Source of the DNA: Acidimicrobiales bacterium
Lineage (GTDB): Bacteria; Actinomycetota; Acidimicrobiia; Acidimicrobiales; CAIXPF01
Direction: 5' to 3'
NCBI GenBank assembly: GCA_038255145.1
Contig: JBBSLP010000020.1
Coordinates: 3,986 to 67,985 of the forward strand
Length of the DNA stretch: 64,000 bases
Below are positions 47,823-58,606 of this stretch, piece by piece; within the stretch, counting starts at the first letter, position 1; the number at the start of each line of letters is the position of its first letter. The position numbers and the translations under genes are program-made. The notes beneath the pieces were generated by a model. It was given only the letters and a program-made list of their open reading frames with translations, ran no database searches and was not told the origin of the DNA.

Positions 47823-48140
47823 TCAGTTGTGGGCTGAGGCGGAGTAGTACGCCCCGAGGTCGTCCTCGAGGTGGGTGGTGAGGGCCACCGGGGTGGAGAC
47901 CTTGGGGGCGTGCTTGACCACGTCCTTGTTGTAGGGCACGACCAGGTCGCCGCCCTCGGAGCGGTAGGCGTCGTCCAGCGGCACCAGCACGTGGTGGTTC
48001 TTCAGCATGCCGAAGTCGACTCGGACGTAGGCGGGCTCGGCGGTGGCGGTGGCGTAGATCACATCGGCCACCTTGCCGATGTGGTCACCGTCAGCGTCCA
48101 CGATCTCATGACCCGTGAGTTCAAGCATCTCGTCGCGCAT
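47823..48140 (-). CDS. PRC-barrel domain protein
   Basis: ATG 48140 is preceded by GAGGAGG at a 6-nt spacing: MRDEMLELTGHEIVDADGDHIGKVADVIYA...HHVLVPLD. Confidence 0.7.
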   Translation of the reverse strand: MRDEMLELTGHEIVDADGDHIGKVADVIYATATAEPAYVRVDFGMLKNHHVLVPLDDAYRSEGGDLVVPYNKDVVKHAPKVSTPVALTTHLEDDLGAYYSASAHN

Positions 48141-48220
48141 GTGAGCCTCCTCGTAACGTGTCTGCAACATATGGTACCCGATGCGCACGAGACGACAAAC
48201 AAGATCCGCCCCCGATCCGG

Positions 48221-49786
48221 TCAGTTGATCTGGCGCTCCCGGCCTTCCCAGTAAGGCGCCCGCAGCACGAACTTCTGGAGCTTCCCCGTGGCCGTGCGGG
48301 CGAGCTCGTCGCGGAACTCGACCGAGGTGGGGCACTTGTAGTGGGTCATGCGGTCACGGGTGTAGGCGATGACGTCGGCCTCGCTGGCCTCGGCTCCCGG
48401 GTTCAGCACGACCAGGGCCTTCACCGTCTCCCCCCACTTCTCGTGGGGCACGCCGATGACGGCCACCTCGGCGATGGCGGGATGGGAGAAGATCACGTCC
48501 TCGACCTCGATGGAGGACACGTTCTCGCCGCCGGAGATGATCACGTCCTTCTTGCGGTCCGAGATGGTGAGGTAGCTCTCCTCGTCGATGAAGCCGCCGT
48601 CACCGGTGTAGAACCACTCGTTGTCCGGAGCCTCGGGCAGGGCGGGGTCGGCCTTGATGGCCTCGGCCGTCGCCTCGGGCTGGGCCCAGTACCCCTGGAG
48701 CACGACGTTGCCCCGGGCCAGGATCTCGCCCTCCTCGGACACCCGCAGACGGATGCCGAGGGCGGGGGCGCCAGCCCGGCCCAGGCGACGGGCCCGCTCG
48801 GTGGGGGTCAGCTCGTCGTACTCGGCCCGGCGCCGGTTCATGGTCAGCAGCGGCGCCGTCTCGGTCAGGCCGTAGATCTGGATGAACTCCCAGCCCAGGT
48901 CGGTCTCGACGCGCTCGATGGTCCTGGTGGGCGGCGGCGCCCCCGCCACCACCACCCGGGTGCGACCGGCACCGGGGATGGGCCCGTCCCACTCCGCCGC
49001 AGCGTCGAGGATCATGCTGACCACGGCCGGGGCCCCGCACATGAGGGTCACGCCGTGGCGGTCGACCCGACGCAGGATCTCGGCCCCGTCGATCTTGCGG
49101 ATGACCACGTTGGTGGCTCCCATGCCCGTCACCGCGTAGCCCATGCCCCAGCCGTTGCAGTGGAACATGGGCAGGGTGTGCAGGTAGACGTCGCGGTCGT
49201 CGACCCCCGCCTGCCAGCCGAAGGTGGCGGCGTTGACCCACAGGGCCCGGTGGGTCTGCTCGACGCCCTTGGGCCGCGCCGTCGTGCCCGACGTGTAGTT
49301 GATGGTGGCGGTGACGTCCTCGTCGGGCACCCAGGTCCTGGGCTCGGTGTCGTACAGGAACAGCTCCTGGTCGGACTCCTCACCGATGACGAACGTGCGC
49401 CGGGCCTCGACGCCCTTGAGGGTGTCGGCCACCTCGGGGTCGATGAGCAGCACGTCGGCGCCGCAGTGCTCGACGATGTAGCCCACCTCCTCGGCGTTGA
49501 GGCGGAAGTTGATGGGCACGAAGACCCGGCCCCAGTTGCTGACCCCGTAGTACGAGCAGAACAGCCGGGCCGCGTTGTGCGACACCATGGCCACCCGGGC
49601 GCCGGCGGGCACCCCCATGGCGTCGAGCGCCGCGGCCTGGGCCCGGGCCCGGACGTCGAGCTCGGCGTAGGTGAGCGACCCCCACGAGGTGGCGGGCTGG
49701 TCCGGCTCGTCGACCACCGCGGTCCGGTCGGGGTAGACGGCCACCGCCCGGTCGAGGTGATCGCGCAGCGTCAACGGCACCTTCAT
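48221..49786 (-). CDS. acyl-CoA synthetase / AMP-dependent ligase
   Basis: Starting from ATG 49786: ...INYTSGTTARPKGV (AMP motif), YGLTETAP, WFYTGDGGFIDEESYLTISDRKKDVIISGGENV, TATGKLQKF. Confidence 0.9.
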   Translation of the reverse strand: MKVPLTLRDHLDRAVAVYPDRTAVVDEPDQPATSWGSLTYAELDVRARAQAAALDAMGVPAGARVAMVSHNAARLFCSYYGVSNWGRVFVPINFRLNAEEVGYIVEHCGADVLLIDPEVADTLKGVEARRTFVIGEESDQELFLYDTEPRTWVPDEDVTATINYTSGTTARPKGVEQTHRALWVNAATFGWQAGVDDRDVYLHTLPMFHCNGWGMGYAVTGMGATNVVIRKIDGAEILRRVDRHGVTLMCGAPAVVSMILDAAAEWDGPIPGAGRTRVVVAGAPPPTRTIERVETDLGWEFIQIYGLTETAPLLTMNRRRAEYDELTPTERARRLGRAGAPALGIRLRVSEEGEILARGNVVLQGYWAQPEATAEAIKADPALPEAPDNEWFYTGDGGFIDEESYLTISDRKKDVIISGGENVSSIEVEDVIFSHPAIAEVAVIGVPHEKWGETVKALVVLNPGAEASEADVIAYTRDRMTHYKCPTSVEFRDELARTATGKLQKFVLRAPYWEGRERQIN

Positions 49787-49864
49787 CGTGCAAGAACCCC
49801 CAGGGCGCGACCGTGCAGAGATGGGTGCGCGGCTTCCGGCCGCCACCGAGCTAGACCGTAGTGC

Positions 49865-51640
49865 ATGGTCAGTGCGCGGGCGCCCGAGCTGGTGGGCGCA
49901 GGTGGATGGGTGGGCAGCGGGGACCGGTTGCAACTCCGCGACCTGCGGGGACGCGTCGTGGTCGTCCACTTCTTCGCCGTGGGTGGGGCGACGGGGCACC
50001 GCGTGCTCGACGACTTGGCCGAGGTGGAGCGCCGTTGGCCCACCGAGGTGGCCGTGGTCGGCGTGCACTCCCCCAAGTTCCCCCACGAGGGCCGCCACCG
50101 CACCGTCGAGCAGGCCGTGCGCCGCCTGGGCGTCAGCCACCCCGTGCTCGACGACCCCGAGATGATCACCTGGCAGCAGTACGGGGTGCGGGGCTGGCCC
50201 ACCATCGTGGTCATCGACCCCCGGGGCAACGTCGTCGGCGGCATCACCGGGGAGGGCAACCGGCCCCTGTTGCTGCAGGTGGTCACGGACACCGTCGAGC
50301 GCCACACCCGTCGGGGCTCCCTGCGCCCCCTCGAGCCCGACACCCCACCCCTGGCCCTGCCCTCGGGTTGGCGACCGCCCCGGGCCACGCCGTGGTCCTT
50401 CCCCGCCAAGGTGGCCACGGACCGCAGCGGTCGCCTGGTGGTGGCCGACACCGGCCACGACCGCGTCGTGGTGCTCGAGCTGGGCACGGCCACCGCCGAC
50501 GCCGTCCCCGCCCGCATCACCCACGTCGTCACCGGTCTGCGTTCCCCCCACGGGGTGCGCCTCTACGGCAGTGACCTGCTCATCTGCGACACCGGCAACG
50601 ACCGGGTGGTGCGCATCGACCTCGATACCCGGCCCACGCCCGACGAGGAGATCGAGCCCGATCCCGCCGGAGTGATCCGGCTCCGGGCCCGTCCGGTGGA
50701 CGCCCTGCAGGTCGATGTGGCCTCACCTCTCGACGTCGTGGCCGACCTGGATCGCTCCCTGGTGGTGGCCGAGGCCGGGCACCACCGGTTGTGGCGGGTC
50801 ACCCAGTTCGGCGCCGCCCCCGGGCCCATCGCCGGCACCGGCTACGAGGGCCTGGCCGACGGCCGGGCCGACTCGGCCGAGCTGGCCCAGCCCTCGGGCC
50901 TGGCCCGGGTGCCGGCCGGGGTGGCCTTCGTGGACGCCGAGTCGTCGTCGCTGCGCCTGCTGACCGACAAGGGCAAGGTCCGCACCCTCGTGGGCGAGGG
51001 CCTCTTCGACTGGGGCCTACGGGACGGCCGGGGCCTGCGGGGGCGGTTGCAGCACCCCCAGGGGGTGGCGGCCAGCCCCGACGGGGCCACCCTCTACATC
51101 GCCGACACGTACAACAGCCGCATCCGGGACTGGTTCCGACGGGACCTGGGCACCCTGCCCATCGACGGCCTCGACGAGCCCGGTGGGCTCGACGTGCTGG
51201 CTGATGGGCGTCTGGTCATCGCCGACACCGGCAACCACCGCATCGTGGTGGCCGACCCCGTCACCGGAGCGGTGCTCCCCGTGGTGGTGGCCACGACCAC
51301 CCTGCCGGCGGTGGTGCCCCTGGTGGAGCCGGGCGCGGTGCTCGAGGTGGCGGCCGGGGCCCGCTTCACCGTGCCCTTCGGCGTCGACCTGGGATCCTTC
51401 GAGCTCGACCCGGCCGAGGAGCGCCCCGTGCGCATCGTGGTCGAGGCCGATCCCGGCTGGCTGTTGGCCGAAGGACCGCGCCGGTGGCGCCACGCCACGG
51501 CCAGCGGCGAGCTGGCCCTGGGGGCGGGGATCACCGGAGCGGGCTGGCTGACGGTGTCGGTGTCGGCCGCGGTGATCAGCGACGGGGCGGCGTCGGTGCG
51601 ACGTTCGGTGACCCGCCACCACCTGGCCCTGCGCTCCTAG
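49865..51640 (+). CDS. thioredoxin-like domain + NHL-repeat beta-propeller protein
   Basis: The ORF is 591 aa. The N-terminus LRGRVVVVHFFAVGGATGHRVL...VVGVHSPKF is TlpA/redoxin-like but lacks cysteines. Repeated ...VADTGNHRIV.../ADTYNSRIR NHL motifs follow. Confidence 0.8.
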   Translation: MVSARAPELVGAGGWVGSGDRLQLRDLRGRVVVVHFFAVGGATGHRVLDDLAEVERRWPTEVAVVGVHSPKFPHEGRHRTVEQAVRRLGVSHPVLDDPEMITWQQYGVRGWPTIVVIDPRGNVVGGITGEGNRPLLLQVVTDTVERHTRRGSLRPLEPDTPPLALPSGWRPPRATPWSFPAKVATDRSGRLVVADTGHDRVVVLELGTATADAVPARITHVVTGLRSPHGVRLYGSDLLICDTGNDRVVRIDLDTRPTPDEEIEPDPAGVIRLRARPVDALQVDVASPLDVVADLDRSLVVAEAGHHRLWRVTQFGAAPGPIAGTGYEGLADGRADSAELAQPSGLARVPAGVAFVDAESSSLRLLTDKGKVRTLVGEGLFDWGLRDGRGLRGRLQHPQGVAASPDGATLYIADTYNSRIRDWFRRDLGTLPIDGLDEPGGLDVLADGRLVIADTGNHRIVVADPVTGAVLPVVVATTTLPAVVPLVEPGAVLEVAAGARFTVPFGVDLGSFELDPAEERPVRIVVEADPGWLLAEGPRRWRHATASGELALGAGITGAGWLTVSVSAAVISDGAASVRRSVTRHHLALRS

Positions 51641-51646
51641 CTGGGC

Positions 51647-52420
51647 TCAGCGGGCGAGCCAGCCGCCTTCGACGGCCACGACCGAACCCGTCATGTAGCT
51701 CGATGCGTCCGAGGCCAGGTAGAGCAGGGCACCGTCGAGCTCGTGGACGGCACCGGCGCGGCGCATGGGGGTGTTGCGCTGGATCCAGTTGACGCCCGAC
51801 TCGGCGGCGAACATCCCCTCGGTGAGCTCGGTCTCGAAGTAGCCGGGGGCGATGGCGTTCACCCGGATGCCGTGGCGGGCCCACTGCAGGGCCAGCTCCC
51901 GGGTCAGGTTCTCGAGCCCACCCTTGCTGGCCACGTAGCCGGCCTGGTTGTTGGGCGAGGACCCCACCCGGGCGTGCACCGAGGTGATGTTGATGATCGA
52001 CCCACCGCCCGAGGCGATCATGGACGGCGCCACCAGGGACGACAGCACGAACGGCGCCGTCAGGTTCACGTCGATCACGTCACGGAAGCGCTTGGGATCC
52101 TGCTCCTCGGCCTTGTCGGGGGCGTCGCTCAGGCCGGCGTTGTTGACGAGCACGTCCACCTGGCCGAAGTGCTCGATGGCCGTGGCCACCAGGGCCCGGC
52201 AGTCGTCGTCGGAGGTCACGTCGGTGCGCACCGGCACCAGGCCGGGCACCTCCGCCGCCAGGGCTTCAAGGCGCTCGAGGCGGCGGGCCGCAGCCACCAC
52301 CTTGGCCCCCGCCGCTCCCAGCAGCCGGCAGAAGCGGTCGCCGAAACCGGACGAGGCCCCCGTCACGATGGCCACCCGGCCGGACACGTCCCACAGGCTG
52401 CTGATGTCGATGTCGCTCAC
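51647..52420 (-). CDS. SDR family oxidoreductase
   Basis: The ORF is 257 aa: VAIVTGASSGFG (TGxxxGxG), NNAG, YVASKGG (YxxxK). Confidence 0.9.
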   Translation of the reverse strand: MSDIDISSLWDVSGRVAIVTGASSGFGDRFCRLLGAAGAKVVAAARRLERLEALAAEVPGLVPVRTDVTSDDDCRALVATAIEHFGQVDVLVNNAGLSDAPDKAEEQDPKRFRDVIDVNLTAPFVLSSLVAPSMIASGGGSIINITSVHARVGSSPNNQAGYVASKGGLENLTRELALQWARHGIRVNAIAPGYFETELTEGMFAAESGVNWIQRNTPMRRAGAVHELDGALLYLASDASSYMTGSVVAVEGGWLAR

Positions 52421-53514
52421 GAGGGCGGGATCGTAGGCGACCCACCCAGCAGGGCGCGCACCTCGCCGGCGATCTGACGGTCCTCCCGGGCCGTCACCAC
52501 GGCCACGGCCAGGGCCGAACCTGCCGGCGAGATCACCGCGTCACCGGTGGCCGCGGCGTTGGCGGCCTCGTCGAGCTCCACCCCCAACCAGGCCAGACGC
52601 GCACAGGCCGCGGCCCGCAGCGACGGTTGGTGCTCCCCCACCCCGCCACTGAACACGAGCAGGTCGAGGCCGCCGGCCGAGGTGGCCATGGCGGCGATGG
52701 ACTGGACCAGCCGGTGGGTCCACACGTCGAGGGCGGCGACAGCCACGGCGTCGCCGCCGGCCGCTGCGGCCACGATCGACCGAGCGTCACCGTCACCTCC
52801 CGTCAGCCCGGCGAGGCCGGAGCGTGACTCGAGCCCGTCCTCGACCTCGGCCACGCCCAGGGTGGTCTGCTGCAGCAGCCACAGGATCAGGCCGGGGTCG
52901 ACGGTGCCACTGCGGGTGGCCATGACCAGGCCTTCGAGGGGGGTGAAGCCCATGGTGGTGTCCACCGAGCGGCCCTCGAGCACGGCGCAGCACGACGCCC
53001 CCGACCCCAGGTGGCAGATGACGGTGCGCAGCGCGTCGGGGGCCACCCCCACCAGCTCGGGGGCCCGGTGGGCGGCCCAGGCGTGGGCCAGGCCGTGGAA
53101 GCCGTAGCGACGCAGCCCGTAGCGCTCGCGCCACGCCAGGGGCAGGGCGTAGGTCGACGCCTCGGCCGGCATGGTGGTGTGGAAGGCGGTGTCGAAGCAG
53201 GCCACGGCGGGCACGCCGGGCAGGGCGGCGGACACGGTGTCGATGCCGTGCAGCGCCGCGGGCTGGTGCAACGGCGCCAGGCTGGTCAGCTCGTCGAGCT
53301 GGCGGCGCACCGCCGCGTCCACCACCACCGGGGCCGAGTACACCGACCCGCCGTGGACCACCCGGTGGCCCACGGCGTCGACCGGCCCCACCGAGCGGGC
53401 GAAGTCAGCGGCGCTGGCCCCCGACCCCGTCCCCGTGGCCAGCACCTCGTCGTCGGGGCCCAACAGGGACAGCTTCAGGCTGGACGACCCGGCGTTGACC
53501 ACCAGCACCCTCAC
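52417..53514 (-). CDS. ackA: acetate kinase
   Basis: [34 protein letters not shown] start it at GTG 53514, which overlaps the xfp stop as GTGA. Confidence 0.9.
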   Translation of the reverse strand: MRVLVVNAGSSSLKLSLLGPDDEVLATGTGSGASAADFARSVGPVDAVGHRVVHGGSVYSAPVVVDAAVRRQLDELTSLAPLHQPAALHGIDTVSAALPGVPAVACFDTAFHTTMPAEASTYALPLAWRERYGLRRYGFHGLAHAWAAHRAPELVGVAPDALRTVICHLGSGASCCAVLEGRSVDTTMGFTPLEGLVMATRSGTVDPGLILWLLQQTTLGVAEVEDGLESRSGLAGLTGGDGDARSIVAAAAGGDAVAVAALDVWTHRLVQSIAAMATSAGGLDLLVFSGGVGEHQPSLRAAACARLAWLGVELDEAANAAATGDAVISPAGSALAVAVVTAREDRQIAGEVRALLGGSPTIPPS

Positions 53515-55928
53515 GGGCTGGCGGGCCACACCCACGACACGATGTCGGGGTGGTCCTCACCGTGGGTGCGGGTCCAGGCCCGCGCCGCGAAGCGACGGTC
53601 GGCCATGTCCTGGCGCACCTGGGCCCCCCGCGCCCCCAGCGACGGCACCCGGTCGATCACGTCCTCGACCAGGCGGAACCGGTCGAGGTCGTTGAGCATG
53701 ACCATGTCGAAGGGCGTGGTCGTGGTGCCCTCCTCCTTGTAGCCGTGCACGTGGAAGTTGGCGTGGTTGGCCCGGTTGTAGGTCAGCCGGTGCACCGCCG
53801 TGGGGTAACCGTGGTAAGCGAAGATGACCGGCCTGTCGAGGGTGAAGATGGCGTCGAACTCGCGGTCGGCCATGCCGTGGGGGTGGGAGCGCTCGGGCAT
53901 GAGCCGGAGGGGGTCGACCACGTTGACCACCCGCACCACCAGCTCGGGTAGGTGCTGGCGCAGCAGGTCGGCCGCGGCCAGGGTCTCCACGGTGGGCACG
54001 TCGCCGGCGCAGGCCAGGACCACGTCGGGCTGGTCGTCGTGGCCCTCGGTACCGGCCCAGTCCCAGATGCCCAGGCCCCGGGCGCAGTGGAGCACGGCCT
54101 CGTCCATGGTCAGCCACGACGGCGTGGGCTGCTTGCCGGCCACGATGACGTTGACGTAGTCCACGCTGCGCAGGCAGTGGTCGGCGACGGACAGCAGGCA
54201 GTTGGCGTCCGGCGGCAGGTACACCCGCACCACCTCGGGCTTCTTGTTGAGCAGGTTGTCGATGAAGCCGGGGTCCTGGTGGGTGAACCCGTTGTGGTCC
54301 TGGCGCCAGACGTGTGACGTGAGCAGGTAGTTCAGCGACGAGATCGGCGCCCGCCACGGCAGCTTTCGGGTGACCTGGAGCCACTTGGCGTGCTGGTTGA
54401 CCATCGAGTCCACGATGTGGCTGAACGCCTCGTAGCAGCTGAACAGGCCGTGGCGACCGGTCAGCAGGTAGCCCTCCAGCCAGCCCTGGCACACGTGCTC
54501 GGACAGGATCTCCAACACCCGACCATCGGTGGCCAGGTGCTGGTCCAGCTCGATGGTGCGGCCCAGCCACTGCTTGGAGGTCACGTCGTAGACGGCGCCC
54601 AGGCGGTTGGACTCGGTCTCGTCGGGACCGACCAGGCGGAAGCTGCGCCGATCGACGTCGCGGCGCATGATCTCGCGTAGGAACTGGCCCAGGAGCCGGG
54701 TGGGCTCGTGGGACTCGGCTCCCGGGGATTCGACGGCCACGCCGAAGTCCTGGAAGTCGGGCAGGTCCAGGGGCCGGCGCAGCAGACCGCCGTTGGCGTG
54801 GGGGTTGGACGCCATGCGCCGGGTGCCCTTCGGCGCCAGGGCCACGGTGGCGGGGAAGGGGCGGCCGTCCTCGTCGAACAGCTCCTCGGGCCGGTAGCTG
54901 TGCAGCCACTGCTCGAGGGCGTGGAGGTGCTCGGGGTTGGTGCGCACCTCGGACAACGGCACCTGGTGTGCCCGCCACGTGCCCTCTACCGGCAGGCCGT
55001 CGACGACCTTGGGCCCCGTCCACCCCTTGGGGGTGCGCAGGATGAGCATGGGCCAGCGGGGCCGCTCGGTGACCGTGGTCGTGCGGGCCTGGTGCTGGAT
55101 GGCGGCGATCTCGTCGAAGATCTCGTCGAGGGTGTCGGCCAGCTGGCGGTGGACGTCCAAGGCGTCCTCCCCCTCGACCAGGTAGGGCTTGTGCCCGTAG
55201 CCCTCCATGAGCTTGGTGAGCTCGCCGGGGGCCAGGCGGTCGAGCACGGCCGGGTTGGCGATCTTCCAGCCGTTGAGGTGGAGGATGGGCAGGACCACGC
55301 CGTCGGTGCGGGGGTCGAGGAACTTGTTGGCGTGCCAGCTGGCGGCCAGCGGGCCCGTCTCGGCCTCACCGTCGCCGATGACGCAGGCGGCCACCATGTC
55401 GGGGTTGTCGAGCACGGCCCCGTAGGCGTGGGCCAGGGAGTAGCCCAGCTCCCCGCCCTCGTGGATGGAGCCGGGGGTCTCGGGGGCGGCGTGGCTGGGG
55501 ATGCCGCCGGGGAAGGAGAACTGGCGGAACAGCTTCTGCATCCCCTCCCCGTCACGGGAGATGTCGGGGTACACCTCGCTGTAACTGCCCTCCAGCCAGG
55601 CGCTGGCCACGAAGGCCGGCCCGCCGTGACCGGGCCCGCAGATGAAGACCACGTCGAGGTCGCGATCGTTGATGAGCCGGTTGAGGTGGGCCCACAACAG
55701 GTTCAGGCCCGGGGTCGTCCCCCAGTGGCCCAGCAGGCGGGCCTTGATGTGCTCGGGCAGGAGCTCGTCACGCAGCAGGGGGTTGTCGAGCAGGTAGATC
55801 TGGCCGGCGGCCAGGTAGTTGACCGCCCGCCACCAGACGTCGAGCGAGGCCAGCTGCTCGGGGCTGGCCCGATGGGTGCCTGTCGGTGGGGCGGTGGGGG
55901 TTGCACTGTCGACCACGGGGACCTCCAA
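53511..55928 (-). CDS. xfp: xylulose-5-phosphate/fructose-6-phosphate phosphoketolase
   Basis: The ORF is 805 aa: [51 protein letters not shown], all phosphoketolase hallmarks. The start codon (TTG 55928 or GTG 55916) is uncertain. Confidence 0.95.
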   Translation of the reverse strand: MEVPVVDSATPTAPPTGTHRASPEQLASLDVWWRAVNYLAAGQIYLLDNPLLRDELLPEHIKARLLGHWGTTPGLNLLWAHLNRLINDRDLDVVFICGPGHGGPAFVASAWLEGSYSEVYPDISRDGEGMQKLFRQFSFPGGIPSHAAPETPGSIHEGGELGYSLAHAYGAVLDNPDMVAACVIGDGEAETGPLAASWHANKFLDPRTDGVVLPILHLNGWKIANPAVLDRLAPGELTKLMEGYGHKPYLVEGEDALDVHRQLADTLDEIFDEIAAIQHQARTTTVTERPRWPMLILRTPKGWTGPKVVDGLPVEGTWRAHQVPLSEVRTNPEHLHALEQWLHSYRPEELFDEDGRPFPATVALAPKGTRRMASNPHANGGLLRRPLDLPDFQDFGVAVESPGAESHEPTRLLGQFLREIMRRDVDRRSFRLVGPDETESNRLGAVYDVTSKQWLGRTIELDQHLATDGRVLEILSEHVCQGWLEGYLLTGRHGLFSCYEAFSHIVDSMVNQHAKWLQVTRKLPWRAPISSLNYLLTSHVWRQDHNGFTHQDPGFIDNLLNKKPEVVRVYLPPDANCLLSVADHCLRSVDYVNVIVAGKQPTPSWLTMDEAVLHCARGLGIWDWAGTEGHDDQPDVVLACAGDVPTVETLAAADLLRQHLPELVVRVVNVVDPLRLMPERSHPHGMADREFDAIFTLDRPVIFAYHGYPTAVHRLTYNRANHANFHVHGYKEEGTTTTPFDMVMLNDLDRFRLVEDVIDRVPSLGARGAQVRQDMADRRFAARAWTRTHGEDHPDIVSWVWPASP

Positions 55929-55964
55929 GGGTCGTGTAGGTCTCGTGGCACCCAGTGTGGTCGC

Positions 55965-56987
55965 TCAGACCCGTACAGGACGGAGCTGGACGAGCTTGGC
56001 CAGCCGTTCGACGTGCTCGCGATCCCCCGTGCCCAGGCCATGGCGGGTCACGTTCAGCGAGCCCGCAGCTACGGCCAGGGTCAGGGCGTCGTCGAGGTCC
56101 TTGCCCCAGACCAGCCCGGCGCTGAGCCCGGCGGTGAACGAGTCGCCGGCCCCCTTGGGATCAGCGGCGACGATGGTGGGGCCGACGATCTCCACCACAC
56201 GGTCGTGGTCGGGACCGACCAGGGCCAGGGCGTGCTCCTCGGCCCGGGTGACGGCCACCCCGCCGGCGCCGTCGGCCACCATCTTGCGCATGGCCTCGAC
56301 CAGGGCCTCCACGCTGTCGTCAGCGGCGCGCCCGTCCCGCAGCAGCTCCTCGTGGCTGACCTTGGCGAAGGCCACCCCACCCTCGAGCGCAGCTTCGAGC
56401 TGGTCCCCGGACAGGTCGATGACGACCCGCTTGCCGTTGGCGGTGAGGTCGGCGGCCAGACGGCGATAGGTGTCCGCGGGCAGGACCCGGGCGGCGTCGG
56501 GCCCGCCCAGCAGGCACAGGTCGGCCTCGAGGCCCTCGACCAGGGTGACGCCGAACAGGTCGTCGACCTCGTGGCGGGACAGGCGCCCCCCGGGCAGGGT
56601 GATGATGGGCTCGCGCTCACCCGAGCGGCGGTCGTGCAGGTAGGAGCCGTTGGCGGCGGCGGCATCGATGGCCCGCACGGTGATGCCGCTGGCTTCGATC
56701 AGGCTGCGGGCGACCTGGCCGGTCTCGCCGCCGAAGGTGGCACACAGCACGACGTCGGTGCCCAGGGTGGCCAGCATGCGGGCGATCCAGAAGCCCTGGC
56801 CGCCGGCGTGGACGTGGAGGTCGCCCTCGTCGGTCTCTTCCTCGTCGCCGCGGCCCTGCGCCCGCTCCTGGGCGGCTTCATCGGGCTCCACGGTCACGGT
56901 GAGCAGAGGGGCGGGGGCGAACACGACCACGCGCGGGGTGCGGTCCTGGGCGTGGGTCTCGGCGTTCTCATCGTTGGAGGCTTCCAT
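55965..56987 (-). CDS. PfkB-family carbohydrate/1-phosphofructokinase-like kinase
   Basis: Starting from ATG 56987: ...HVHAGGQGFWIARML...DPKGAGDSFTAGL (PfkB signature 2). Confidence 0.8.
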   Translation of the reverse strand: MEASNDENAETHAQDRTPRVVVFAPAPLLTVTVEPDEAAQERAQGRGDEEETDEGDLHVHAGGQGFWIARMLATLGTDVVLCATFGGETGQVARSLIEASGITVRAIDAAAANGSYLHDRRSGEREPIITLPGGRLSRHEVDDLFGVTLVEGLEADLCLLGGPDAARVLPADTYRRLAADLTANGKRVVIDLSGDQLEAALEGGVAFAKVSHEELLRDGRAADDSVEALVEAMRKMVADGAGGVAVTRAEEHALALVGPDHDRVVEIVGPTIVAADPKGAGDSFTAGLSAGLVWGKDLDDALTLAVAAGSLNVTRHGLGTGDREHVERLAKLVQLRPVRV

Positions 56988-57070
56988 GTGCCCGGCGCCG
57001 TACCCCGGGGCGGCGGGGGTCAAGCCCGGCGTAGTCTGCGTCGCGTCAAGAGACCCGGGGAGGTCGACAG

Positions 57071-57973
57071 GTGGTCAAGATCCGCGTCGGGTACGGCTTG
57101 GGCGTCAACAGCGCCACCAACGACCAGGAACGCTTCGGTGGGTTCGTCGACGACCTCGAGCGCCTGGGCTTCGATTCGCTGTGGGTGTCCGAGCGCATCT
57201 CGGGCCAGTCCCCCGACCCCGTCGTGGCCATGGCCTTCGCCGCGGGGCGGACCCGCAAGCTCAAGTTCGGCATGTCGGTGATGGTGCTGTCGGGCCGCAA
57301 CCCCGTGCTGGTGGCCAAGTCGCTCGCCTCTTTGGACCTGCTGTCCAACGGTCGGCTGCTGCCCGCGTTCGGGCTGGGGGCGCCGGGCCTGGCCGAGTGG
57401 CAGGCGTTCGGCATCGAGCGCAACGAGCGGGCGCCGTGGTTCGAGGAGGCCCTGCCGTTGATGCGGCGGTTGTGGACGGAGGACAAGGTCACCCACCACG
57501 GTGAGCGCTTCAACTTCGACGACCTGACCGTGCTGCCCAAGCCCACCCAGCGGCCGCCGGACGTGTGGCTGGGGGGTCAGGCCCCGTCCGAGCTGCGCCG
57601 CGTCGGCCGGTTGGCCGATGGCTGGCTGCCCTCGTTCACGGTGCCGTCGGAGGTGGCCACGGGCATCGACCGCATCAAGCAGGTGGCGGCGGAGAACGGG
57701 CGGGAGATCGAAGAGGACCACTACGGCGTGCTCGTCGGTTACCGCCGGGGGCCGTTGTCGGACGCCTACGTGGCTGCGTCCCGGGCCCGCCGCCCCGAGC
57801 TCGACCCCAACGACGTCATCCCCGAGGGCCTGGACAAGCTGCGCGAGCGGCTCGAGGGCTTCATCGACGTCGGGGCATCGAAGTTCGTGCTCGTCCCCGT
57901 GGCCGAGCCCGAGGACTGGACGGCCGAGCTCGAAGAGGTGGCCCAGGCCGTGGCCCGCCCCCTGGAGAACTGA
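57071..57973 (+). CDS. LLM-class F420-dependent oxidoreductase
   Basis: The ORF is 300 aa: GFDSLWVSERISGQSPDP...DLLSNGRLLPAFGLG..., luciferase-like. Confidence 0.85.
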   Translation: MVKIRVGYGLGVNSATNDQERFGGFVDDLERLGFDSLWVSERISGQSPDPVVAMAFAAGRTRKLKFGMSVMVLSGRNPVLVAKSLASLDLLSNGRLLPAFGLGAPGLAEWQAFGIERNERAPWFEEALPLMRRLWTEDKVTHHGERFNFDDLTVLPKPTQRPPDVWLGGQAPSELRRVGRLADGWLPSFTVPSEVATGIDRIKQVAAENGREIEEDHYGVLVGYRRGPLSDAYVAASRARRPELDPNDVIPEGLDKLRERLEGFIDVGASKFVLVPVAEPEDWTAELEEVAQAVARPLEN

Positions 57974-58257
57974 AGCCGGCGGCGGCATCCAGCCGCCGAC
58001 GTCGAGCTCCAGAGCACCCGGTGTTCGCCGCCACCACCGTTCAAGCGAATCGATGTCGAATCGCCGTGGTGACAGGCAGGCGGCGAGGTGTACCGCAGCG
58101 CGCACTCCACAGCTACGGACCAGACCACCGGCTGCGATCGGACCCGTCCTGACCAGCTCGTTCTGGGTGCACTGGCGGCTGACAGGAGGCGATGCGCCCT
58201 CATGTCCACCGCCAGCCAGGAACCACGGCCCGGCCGACGGGCGGCCCGGCCGGGAGA

Positions 58258-58599
58258 TCAGGCGACGGAGTTGTCGCGGGTGATCGTCGAGCGGACCCGG
58301 GGCACGGGCACACCCAGACGCACGGCCACCTCGGCGAACGTCGCCGGGGCCCTCGGCGGCCAACCGGCGTCGACCACGGTCAGGTAGGTGCCGACGATGT
58401 CGTCGTCGGGCACGGCCAGGGCCGCGTCAGGGCGCGAACAGCGCCACAACGAGCGCACGGCCAGGAACGCCACCACGGGCGAACCGAACTGCACCAGCAC
58501 CGCCAACGGCGCTGCCATCACCGACCAGCCGCTCATCCACCGCTCCTCCGCCGCCGTTCCCATCGGCGGCTCGCGGGCGGGCATGAGCCCTGCGGTCAA
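58258..58599 (-). CDS. hypothetical small membrane protein (downstream of TetR)
   Basis: The ORF is 113 aa with one TM-like stretch (WSVMAAPLAVLVQFGSPVVAFLAV). The start may be an internal Met. Support is weak. Confidence 0.35.
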   Translation of the reverse strand: MTAGLMPAREPPMGTAAEERWMSGWSVMAAPLAVLVQFGSPVVAFLAVRSLWRCSRPDAALAVPDDDIVGTYLTVVDAGWPPRAPATFAEVAVRLGVPVPRVRSTITRDNSVA

Positions 58600-58606
58600 C
58601 TCGCGG

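Noticed and set aside
48141-48220. A less GC-rich patch between the PRC-barrel gene start and the acyl-CoA synthetase stop, examined for a terminator or sRNA
   Set aside because: The gatccg motifs are direct repeats, not inverted, so there is no convincing hairpin. The patch most likely just holds the PRC-barrel gene's promoter and its strong GAGGAGG ribosome-binding site.
54708-57281. An 857-aa plus-strand ORF. Similar long shadows occur at 58607..60460 (upstream part), 60709..62961 (upstream part), 48221..50551 (upstream part), 30204..31751 and 20270..21901.
   Set aside because: These are antisense or out of frame relative to xfp/pfkB, the aminotransferase, the metB-like gene, the NHL protein, the Trx-fusion gene and sufS. 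They have no recognisable motifs. Only the motif-bearing portions were kept as shorter genes.
58045-58064. The gtcgaatcgc motif shared between 58055-58064, the 40955-40976 palindrome and cgaatcg repeats at 3690-3710
   Set aside because: The shared core is only 10-11 nt, and one occurrence lies inside a coding region (encoding RRFD). This is too short to claim a repeat family without a genome-wide count. It was also checked as a tRNA T-arm look-alike (gttcaagcgaatcg) and does not fit a tRNA cloverleaf.
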